Below are positions 51,096 to 59,278 of a stretch of 64,000 nucleotides of DNA, piece after piece. The position numbers were made by a program, and so were the translations under genes. The stretch covers positions 128,001 through 192,000 of the forward strand of contig CAWJKZ010000013.1 in assembly GCA_963843575.1 (NCBI GenBank). The letters run 5' to 3'. The DNA is from an uncultured Acidobacteriota bacterium (GTDB lineage Bacteria > Acidobacteriota > UBA6911). How positions within the stretch are numbered: position 1 is the stretch's first letter; each line of letters starts with the position of its first letter. A model generated the notes under the pieces. That model saw only the letters and a program-made list of their open reading frames with translations. It did not search any database and was not told the DNA's origin.

Positions 51096-51715
51096 ATGAA
51101 AATAGCCCGCAGCTTGTCCATTACCGCGCTGGCGCTGGCGGCCGCGGCGACGGCCTGTTCTCGCCGCGAAGAGCCGCAGCCGGCGGCCTCCGACGCGTTG
51201 AAACCCGCAGCAGCGCACGGTACCGCCCAGGTTCCCCCGGCGGCTGCCGAGGCTGGACTCAAGTTCACCACTCCCGACGGTTGGATTGAGGAGGCGCCGA
51301 AGTCGGCGATGCGCAAGGCCCAGTACAGGCTGCCCAAGGTCGGGGAAGACCCGGAAGACGCCGAGTTGGTCGTTTTCTATTTCCAGGGTAGCGGCGGCGG
51401 CGCCCAGGCGAACATCGACCGCTGGATCGGCCAGTTTACCCGGCCCGACGGCAGCCCCATCGGCGACGCGGCCCGAACCAGCAAGCGCGCAGGTCAACGG
51501 CCTTCCCCTGACGACCGTCGACGTCGTCCGGCACCTACCTGGCAGCCAGTGGCCCGATGCTGGCGGAGGTCCAGAAGAAACCAGACTTCCGGATGCTCGG
51601 CGCCGTGGTCGAAGCGGGCAACGGCCCCTGGTTTTTCAAGCTGACGGGTCCGGCGAAGACCGTCGCCAGGTGGCTACCGTCCTTCGACACATTCCTCGGC
51701 AGCATGAAGCAATAG
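51096..51715 (+). CDS. Hypothetical lipoprotein with two apparent +1 frameshifts (~51489, ~51526)
   Basis: Lipobox-like AATAC; ANIDRWIGQF; after removing two bases it continues VDVSGTYL..RMLGAVVE..WFFKLTGP to TAG at 51715. Confidence 0.65.
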
Positions 51716-51829
51716 CTCCGGTAACCTGGCGGACCGCTGCGTGTCGGAACGTCCCCGCGGTTTCGCCCGCTCGGTTGCCCTGCGCACCCTATCTTTGAGG
51801 ATAGGGTCAGGGCCGTACACTAAGACGAC

Positions 51830-52820
51830 ATGATCGAAGAAGGGAAACACCGCTACGGCCTGGAGACCCTCGCAGACAGCATACGTTCCGGGCTGGCCGT
51901 GAGCGGCCAGAAGAGACTGCAGTGCAAGTTCCTGTACGACGAGGTCGGCTCCGCGCTCTTCGAAGTCATCAGCGCGCTCCCGGAGTACGGCCTGACCCGT
52001 GCCGGGGAGCGGCTCATGCGGCGGTGCGCGGGCGAGATCGTGCGGCGGCTGCCGCGGCCCGTCATCGTGGCCGAGCTCGGCAGCGGCAGCGGGCGGAACA
52101 CCCGCTGGCTCCTGGAGGAGCTTTCCCGCCGCCAGAGCACCGTGTATTGTCCGATCGAAATCTCGCCCACCGCCTTGAAACAGTGCGAGCTCGAGATGAG
52201 CCGCATCGAGTCGGTCAGCGTCCTCGGCTATGAACAAGAGTACCTGGAGGGGCTCCTGCGCGTCGCCGCCGAACGCCCGGCCGGTGAAAGCCTGCTGGTG
52301 CTGTTTCTCGGCAGTACGATCGGAAACTTCGATCGGGCCGAGAGCCTCGTGTTCCTGCGGCAGGTGCGCGAGACCATGAGGGACGGTGACGCGCTCCTGC
52401 TCGCCGCGGACTTGGTAAAGCCCGACCGGCAGCTGCTGCAGGCCTACGACGACCCAATCGGGGTTACGGCCGCCTTCAACCTCAACCTGCTGGCACGCAT
52501 CAACCGGGAACTCGGCGCCGACTTCGACCTGTGCGCTTTCCGGCACGAGGCGCGCTACAACTGCGTCGAGCGCCGCGTTGAAATGCACCTGCGCTCGAGC
52601 TTCGAACCAGACGGTGAGGATCCCCGGCGCGGAGCTGGAAATCTCCTTTCGCGAGAGCGAGACCATCTGGACGGAGAGCTCGTACAAATACACTCCGGCC
52701 GAGCTGGTCAGCATGGGCGAGAAGGCTGGATTCCGCTGCGACGCCCAGTGGCTCGAGCAGGAGTGGCCCTTCGCTCAAACCCTCTTCTTCACCCGTGCGG
52801 TGTCGGGCCTCGAGGACTGA
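51830..52820 (+). CDS. egtD: L-histidine N-alpha-methyltransferase with an apparent +1 frameshift at ~52601
   Basis: KFLYDEVGSALF, PEYGLTR, FLGSTIGNF, AYDDPIGVTAAFNLN and RVEMHL motifs, then ETIWTESSYKY in the next frame. Confidence 0.88.
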
Positions 52821-52851
52821 ATCTCCGGGCGCGGGAAACGCGGGAACCCGA

Positions 52852-53925
52852 TCACGGGCGCGCTTCGAAAACGCGATTGAACGGCGTTTCCGTCGCGCGC
52901 CTGAACCGGGTCAGCCCCGCGTCGGCCGCGACGGCGCGCAACTGCGGCTCGGTCGCGATCGTCCCCAGCGCCGTCTGACCGGAGGCGATGGCGTTGGGCG
53001 TGCAACAGAGCACGGATGCGCCGGCGTAGACGCGTCCCACGGGGTTGAAGTTCCCCTCCACGCTGTCGGAAGCCATCGGTTCCACGATCATGACGCACCC
53101 GCCGGGATTCAGCGTCTCGCGTGCGCGCCGCAACGATCCCGTAGGGTCCCCGAGGTCGTGGAGGCAGTCGAAAAACGCCACCAGGTCGTACCCGGAGCCG
53201 GGGAAGTTGGTCGCACCGGCGATGTCGAACCGGATCCGGTCCGCCACCCCGGCCGAGAACGCCGCCTTCCGGGCGTGCACGATCGACGGGGCATGGTTGT
53301 CGAACCCCCAGAACTGCGAGTTAGGGAAAGCCTGGGCCATGATTATGGTGGACGCCCCGTGCCCGCACCCGACATCCGCGACCCTCGCGCCGGACTGCAG
53401 CTTTTCGCGCACGCCGTTGAGGGCGGGAATCCAGTTGTCGACCAGGTTGGCTGCGTACCCCGGTTTGAAGAACCGCTCGGTCCCTTCGAAGAGGTCCGGA
53501 TGATGCTCACCCCAGAACATCCCCTCCCCGGTCTGGAAAGCCGTGGAGATGCGATCGCTGGCCTTGATCATCGCGGTCACCACCTGAAACCCGCCTCCGA
53601 CGAAAAACGGGCTGTGATCGTCCGCCAGCGCCGCCGCGTGTTCGTGAGGCAGGGAGTACTTCCCGGTGGCCGGATCGTACTCGATGTATCCGCTCGCGGC
53701 CTGGTTGACCAGCCACTCGCGGACGTAACGTTCCGAGGTGCCGGTGCGTGCGGCCAGGTCTACCGAAGTCATCGGCGCGGAGCCCGCCATGGCTTTGTAT
53801 AGCCCCAGCTTGTCGCCGATCACAACCAGCGCGGCGCTCACGGCCGCCCCGAAATCCTCGACCGCTCTTGACAAAAAAGTCTCCAGCTTTACTTGGTTGA
53901 ATGGTTGAGCGACTTGAGTTGCCAT
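52852..53925 (-). CDS. wHTH-class I SAM methyltransferase (Rv2258c-like)
   Basis: IGDKLGLY, ERYVREWL, DVGCGHG, FDCLHD and ETPFNRVFEARP motifs; GAAAGGAAGG upstream of ATG 53925. Confidence 0.87.
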   Translation of the reverse strand: MATQVAQPFNQVKLETFLSRAVEDFGAAVSAALVVIGDKLGLYKAMAGSAPMTSVDLAARTGTSERYVREWLVNQAASGYIEYDPATGKYSLPHEHAAALADDHSPFFVGGGFQVVTAMIKASDRISTAFQTGEGMFWGEHHPDLFEGTERFFKPGYAANLVDNWIPALNGVREKLQSGARVADVGCGHGASTIIMAQAFPNSQFWGFDNHAPSIVHARKAAFSAGVADRIRFDIAGATNFPGSGYDLVAFFDCLHDLGDPTGSLRRARETLNPGGCVMIVEPMASDSVEGNFNPVGRVYAGASVLCCTPNAIASGQTALGTIATEPQLRAVAADAGLTRFRRATETPFNRVFEARP

Positions 53926-54126
53926 GGATCCTTCCTTTCGATCACCCTGCGTCACCGCTGCATCGCTCCAGCCAGGCGGCGGGAACAAGGCTGCAAGTTG
54001 GTTTTGCTGCCGAGACACCGTTGTGGCCGGTGCCGCGACACGAGCGGTGGCTTGGACGTCCACCCGAGTTGGCATAATTGTAGCAATCCGGGAGACCCGC
54101 GTCCAAGCTCGGTGAGACCGCCGGGG

Positions 54127-54242
54127 CAATCTGGGGTGCGGCGCCCTGGCGCGGCCCTTTCGCTTGCGTCCTATGGCCGGAATGCTCGGAGCCTGGGCGT
54201 CATACCGAGTCAAAGTGCGGCGGCGCAGAGCCGCTGCGCTCC
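54127..54242. repeat. Degenerate REP-like pair (GGAGTGCGGCG family)
   Basis: caatctggggtgcggcgccctggcgc matches 34961-34987; inverted partner gcggcggcgcagagccgctgcgctcc. Confidence 0.55.
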
Positions 54243-54272
54243 GTCAGGGGACCTTTGGGCTACAATGCTGTC

Positions 54273-55244
54273 ATGCAACTGATCAGCTGCGACTGGGGGA
54301 CCTCGACGTTTCGCATACGCCTGCTGCGTGGGGAGGCGGCGCCCGCGCTCGTGGCCGAACGCAGCAGTGCTGCCGGCGTCGTCGTTTTTGCGCACGGGGC
54401 GGAGGCAGAGTACCGGTCATTCCTGTCGCGCGAGATCTCGGCGCTGTTTGCGGGCGCCCACCTCCCGGCTGAGCCCGCGCCCGTGCTGCTCTCGGGCATG
54501 ATCACCTCGTCGCTGGGCTGGAAGCAGCCCCCCTATGCGGAGTTGCCGTTCCCGCTGGACGGTTCCGCCGCCGTGATCGAGCGCGACCGGCTGGAGACCC
54601 CATACGGGGGCCACGATCTGGTGTTCGTGTCGGGGGTCAAGGGGAGCGAAGAGGTGATGCGGGGAGAAGAGTGCGAGTTGGTCGGAGTCTATGCGCACCC
54701 GGAGGCCGCCCGGTTCGCAGGGTCGTCGGTAGCCCTCCTCCCCGGCACACACAGCAAGGTGCTTGAGATAAACTCGGCGCAGCTCACCCGGTTTCGGACC
54801 TTCCTCACCGGCGAACTGTTCGACGTGCTCTGCCGCCATTCCATCCTGAGGCACTCGGTTGCCGGCGTCGACGCGGACGCGGAACCCGGCCCCTCCTTCG
54901 AAGAGGGGATCGAACGGGTGGCCCGGCGCGGGCTGCTGGGTTCGCTCTTTTCGGTGCGCGCCCGGCAACTGCTGGACGGCGTCGCACCCGCGGCGAGCCA
55001 CGCCTACCTCAGCGGGCTAGTGATCGGCGACGAGCTGACGACGCTGTTGCGGTTGTATCCCCCCGACGTCCCGCTGCTCATGTGCGGCAACGCGCGGCTT
55101 GCCCGACTTTACCGGCGGGGGCTCCTGGCGCTAGGCGAGGGCGCGCGCGCCCACGTTCTCCCCGAGGACGTGACGGGCCTGGCCGCCGGGCTGGGGCACT
55201 GGCGCCTTTGGGGATACTTGATCGGTCGCATGGCTTCGGGCTAA
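54273..55244 (+). CDS. dgoK: 2-dehydro-3-deoxygalactonokinase
   Basis: DWGTSTFR, GMITS..GW, VMRGEE, PGTHSK, TGELF..L..HSIL and YLSGLVIG.E motifs. Confidence 0.85.
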   Translation: MQLISCDWGTSTFRIRLLRGEAAPALVAERSSAAGVVVFAHGAEAEYRSFLSREISALFAGAHLPAEPAPVLLSGMITSSLGWKQPPYAELPFPLDGSAAVIERDRLETPYGGHDLVFVSGVKGSEEVMRGEECELVGVYAHPEAARFAGSSVALLPGTHSKVLEINSAQLTRFRTFLTGELFDVLCRHSILRHSVAGVDADAEPGPSFEEGIERVARRGLLGSLFSVRARQLLDGVAPAASHAYLSGLVIGDELTTLLRLYPPDVPLLMCGNARLARLYRRGLLALGEGARAHVLPEDVTGLAAGLGHWRLWGYLIGRMASG

Positions 55245-55353
55245 TACCAAGATCGCGGCGCGGTCGTCAGGTCCGGCCCCGGGTCGACTGCCTCGACTGC
55301 TGGTTCGAAGAAGGCGACCACGGCCGCCAAGTTAAGGGCTCGCGCAAGCATAA

Positions 55354-55469
55354 CGTATTTGTCAGAACGCGGATGCGCGCGGATCCCCACGGATCGACCT
55401 GGCGACAGGCCGCGGTCGATCCGCGTGAATCCGTTGGATCCGCGGAATCTGCGTTCTGTTTTGGCTTTT
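55354..55469 (-). repeat. Family-C palindromic element, inverted near-identical copy of 27729-27844
   Basis: By-eye alignment gives 110 of 116 identities; an extra end fragment gcgtcctgaaaaatacgtc lies at ~55494-55512. Confidence 0.9.
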
Positions 55470-55602
55470 GCTTTTCATCGCCCGTGTTGTTCTGCGTCCT
55501 GAAAAATACGTCCGCGTACTTATGAGACTGTGCACTAAGTACCCCATTTCGCAAGTCCGCTAACATATTCTTGGGATGGAGCTGGTCACCGGTTGACAAC
55601 AG

Positions 55603-55890
55603 CAGAACGCGGATCTGTCGCGGATTTTACGGATTCACGCGGATCGGCCGCGCCCGGCATCCCTCCCCGAGGGCCGGCGCTTCGCGCCGATGCATCAAAG
55701 CCCGGCTCCCGCAGGAAAGCGCGCGGTTGAAAGGATGCTGCTTCGATTCAAGGTCCCCGTTTTCCTGCGGGAGCCGGGCTTTGATGCGTGCCAAAGGCAG
55801 CCCTCGGGGAGGAATGCCGGGCGCGGCCTGCCACCAGGTAGAAATCCGCGTGCATCCGCGCAAATCTGCGTACTGGAAACGTTAGCGTAT
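55603..55890. repeat. Family-C element carrying an internal palindromic insertion
   Basis: Left arm cagaacgcggat..ttcacgcggatcgg, right arm atccgcgtgcatccgcg..acgttagcgtattt. Confidence 0.75.
55653..55821. mobile_element. MITE-like non-coding palindromic insertion
   Basis: Terminal inverted repeats cccggcatccctccccgaggg / ccctcggggaggaatgccggg, an internal perfect 27 bp inverted repeat (55692-55718 / 55761-55787), and CGCG on both flanks. Confidence 0.55.
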
Positions 55891-55954
55891 TTCCGGAGCA
55901 CGAGTACCAAGGGTTCGCGCAAGCAGGTGGACCGAGGCCATGACCTGCGGTCGC

Positions 55955-57212
55955 TCAGGCGCGGGCGCGCCTGTCCATTTCCCGTATCTTCAGGACGAGC
56001 AGGACAATCAGCGCGGCAATGATCACTACGGAAACCGCCAGCCCCTTGCGTCTGTAGCTGAGTTCGCCCAGCGCGTTCCAGCCGCTGGACTCCGATGCCG
56101 CGGCGATCTTGTCTCCCTCGGCCAGCACTTTAACGAGCGCGGCGGGGTCGAACCGGTGGATCTCCACGCGGGCCCGTATCAGGTGATCCCGTCCCTCCGC
56201 CAGATCGTACAGCGGCCGGCTGACTTCCATCCCGGCGCGTTCCGCCCGTTTGAGCACTCCCTCCGCCGAACTCAGGTGGTTCCGCAGCCGGACGATTCCC
56301 TCCTTCATCTCGACGGCGGCCTTGTGTCCCGGGGTGCCGCTCTCGTGGCAGGTGGCGCAGGTTGCCGGTTCCTGTCCTCCGAGCATGTCGTCCGACGTGG
56401 CGGTGACAGCATGGTGCTCGTGACATGTCGAGCAGGCGAGCAGTTGCTGGTCGGCGAAGGCTTTCTTGTGAGGACTCGCCCCGAACAGGTCCCACTGGCT
56501 GACGTGGCACTGCCCGCAGACGTTGGCGACCGTGTCGACGCCGGGGGGGGCTGCCCCGTGGTTGCCGTGACAGTCGTTGCAGGTCGGGGCCGACATGTCG
56601 CGCTTCCTGATCAAGGCCTCGCCGTGGACACTCTTGATGTACTGCTCCATCTGGTTGGTGGGGATGCCATAGCTCGACATCCGCTTCGGGTCGGCGTGGC
56701 ACCGGCCACAGGTTGCCGCCACGTTCGTAGCGTACACGGGGCTGGTAGGGTTGGCCACGGCCTTCACGCCGTGGGCGCCGTGGCAGTCGATGCAAGTCGC
56801 CACGTTCGGATCCCCCGCCACATACTTCTTTCCGTGCACGCTCGTGAGGTATTCCGTGTATTGGTCGACCCGCGGCTGCGGGTTGTAGCGGCGCATGACC
56901 TCGGGCTTGCTGTGGCACGAGGCGCACAGCGCCGCAATCTGCCTGCGCTGCGGCCGGCCGATGAAACCCTTCGCCCGGCTCATCGAATCCTCGGCGCTTC
57001 CGGTCTCGATCCCCACGGTGGGGTCGCCCCCGTGGCAATTGTTGCAGGACAGCACCTTTCTGAAAGTGGATGTCCTGGACCGACAGGCGGACCGGGTCCT
57101 GCATTTCGGCGTTCAGATCGCGGTGGCACCTGACACAGGTGCTCTCTGCAACGCTCGCACCCTGCTGAACCGGAGCAACCCCGACCAGCAATACGAGAAC
57201 GACTTGCCACAT
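55955..57212 (-). CDS. Membrane-anchored multiheme cytochrome c (9 CxxCH) with an apparent +1 frameshift at ~57053
   Basis: Signal peptide and CVRCH in one frame; eight more CxxCH motifs, a helical stalk and a C-terminal TM in the next frame. Confidence 0.85.
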
Positions 57213-57223
57213 GGGAATGAGTC

Positions 57224-58294
57224 CTATGTCAGATACGCGAGCGCCGAGAGCGCCACGATGTAGACAAGGGCGGCCAACCCCGCGACCGCAAGCAGGTTCG
57301 CGCGGCCTGGTTCGCGCCTGGGCGCCGCGACAAATGGCGTTATGATCAGGAGCAGCCCGAGCACCCCGAAAAACAGGATGCCCAGCACCTCACCGTCCAC
57401 TCCCAAAATCTTGCCGGGAATGTATTTGAGCGTCTGAAACATGAAGACGAAATACCACTCGGGCTTAATGCCGGCCGGGGCCGGGGCGAAGGGGTCGGCC
57501 TTTTCCCCGAGTTCCCAGGGAAAGATGGCAGCGAGAGACGCCAGCACGGCGATGGCGGCGAGCCAGCCGACCAGGTCGCGCATCAGGAAGTCGGGAACGA
57601 ACTTCATCCGGGGTACGCTCTTTTCGTCGACCGAAGAGGGCGTGCTCATGCCGTGCTTCTGCACCAGGTAGACATGCAAGGCGAGGACGACCGTCGTGAG
57701 AGCCGGCAGTATGGCCACGTGGAAGCCGAAAAACCGCGTCAGGGTGGCTCCGGTTACCTCGTCTCCGCCGCGCAGAAAGCGCAGCAGGAAAGGTCCCGCC
57801 ACCGGCACGACACCCGCGATGTCGGTCCCGACCTTCGTCGCAAAAAAGGCCAGTTTGTTCCAGGGCAGGAGATAGCCGCTGAACCCGAAACCCAGGGCCA
57901 GAAACAGCAGCAGGGCGCCCGAGACCCAGGTCAGCTCGCGCGGACGCCGAAAGGCCCTCAGGAAGAGCGTGCTGAACATGTGGACGAAGGCGGCGGCGAT
58001 CATCAGGTTGGCCGACCAGCTGTGCACGGAACGGATCAGCCAGCCGAATTGAACCTCGGTCATGATGAACTGCACGCTCTCGAACGCCGCCTCCGCACTC
58101 GGGCGGTAGTAGAGGAGCAGCAGGATTCCCGTACCCACCTGGACGCAGAACAGGAACAGCGTCATGCCGCCGAAGTAATACCAGAGCGAGTGGCGATGCC
58201 GGGGCACTTCCTTGTGCTCGATGAGTTCCCGGGCGACGCGCCATCCGAGGCGTTCTTCCAGCCAGTCTCCCAGGCGCGGTGCGCTGGAGTTCAC
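57224..58294 (-). CDS. Cytochrome b/b6 subunit of a Rieske/cyt b complex (subunit IV fused)
   Basis: Four heme-b His ligands (RSVHSW..VHM, FHV..LHV), GYLLPW and IKPEWYF motifs. Confidence 0.93.
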   Translation of the reverse strand: MNSSAPRLGDWLEERLGWRVARELIEHKEVPRHRHSLWYYFGGMTLFLFCVQVGTGILLLLYYRPSAEAAFESVQFIMTEVQFGWLIRSVHSWSANLMIAAAFVHMFSTLFLRAFRRPRELTWVSGALLLFLALGFGFSGYLLPWNKLAFFATKVGTDIAGVVPVAGPFLLRFLRGGDEVTGATLTRFFGFHVAILPALTTVVLALHVYLVQKHGMSTPSSVDEKSVPRMKFVPDFLMRDLVGWLAAIAVLASLAAIFPWELGEKADPFAPAPAGIKPEWYFVFMFQTLKYIPGKILGVDGEVLGILFFGVLGLLLIITPFVAAPRREPGRANLLAVAGLAALVYIVALSALAYLT

Positions 58295-58297
58295 GTC

Positions 58298-58741
58298 TTA
58301 TCCTCGCGAAACGATGATTTCCTGCCCGCGCACGTTGACTTGGAACTGCTCGAGCGGACGCGGCGGCGGTCCTGAAACGTTTTTCCCGCTGAGGTCATAA
58401 CGACCGTTGTGACAGGCGCACCAGATCATTTTTTCGTCGGCGCGGAACTGGACCGTGCAGTCGAGATGGGTGCACGTCGCGCTGAAGGCCCGGTACTCCC
58501 CGTCCGCCGTTTGAACGAGGATGCCTGGCTTGCTGCCGAACTTGAATATGCGGCCCTCGTTGGGTTTGAGATCGGTCGTCTTTGCGGCGACCACCGAATT
58601 CGCGCTCGACTCCACGACCCGCGGAGGGATCATGAAGCGGACGACCGGGTAGAGGATTGCACCGAGCGTTGCGACTGTTCCCGTCCCCAGAAGATAGTTC
58701 AATATCGAACGACGGCCAGGCGTAGGATTGGGAAGCGTCAT
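58298..58741 (-). CDS. Rieske [2Fe-2S] protein
   Basis: RR-containing N-terminal anchor; CTHLDC and CACH boxes; SGPPPRPL motif. Confidence 0.93.
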   Translation of the reverse strand: MTLPNPTPGRRSILNYLLGTGTVATLGAILYPVVRFMIPPRVVESSANSVVAAKTTDLKPNEGRIFKFGSKPGILVQTADGEYRAFSATCTHLDCTVQFRADEKMIWCACHNGRYDLSGKNVSGPPPRPLEQFQVNVRGQEIIVSRG

Positions 58742-58844
58742 ATCGGAACCCGCATGCAAAGCACCATGGATTCGCTTCGTTTCGCCACTTTAGGGGCAAA
58801 GGGGTCGAAGGGTCAAGAGGCAAAGGACGTCGTCAGGCACCCGC

Positions 58845-58967
58845 CTCGTGTCCTGGGAGTTGTCCATACACCCACCGTGCGCCTTTTAACCCAATCCGGC
58901 GTCCGAGCGGAGACCATCGACGGCCGCTTTGGTCAGTCGACTTTCGGCGCAGGCCACCGGGAGAGAG
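58845..58967. other. Candidate structured non-coding element in the divergent intergenic region
   Basis: Nested complementary segments tcctgg/ccggga, tgcgcc/ggcgca, tccg/cgga and tcgacggcc/ggtcagtcga; no family recognised. Confidence 0.3.
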
Positions 58968-59278
58968 TAGCAGTAGCCCTCAGCCGAGAAGATATTTATA
59001 ATTCACCCCCTGACAAATCGCGAGCGCCGGCAGTGTCGAAACACTGCCGAATAGCCAAAAGCTTAATCGATTGTGCTATATGCCCCAACCTGGCCGACTG
59101 GGGAGAAATTCACCGTTAGCTGTTGAATAGTGCAACATGCAATTCTACTGAACTTTACGTCGATTCGGAGCCGGGTGGCTGCGAGCGGTGACGAAATTGC
59201 TTTTTATCCACCGAACTTCCCATTGGTTTTTGCAGTTGAACAAGCCGCTGCCCAGGCGGCCACGGAGGGCACGACATT

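Noticed and set aside
59020-59140. c-di-GMP riboswitch upstream of the MtrC-like gene
   Set aside because: A hairpin and a tagtgcaac fragment are present, but the conserved class I or class II core could not be assembled.
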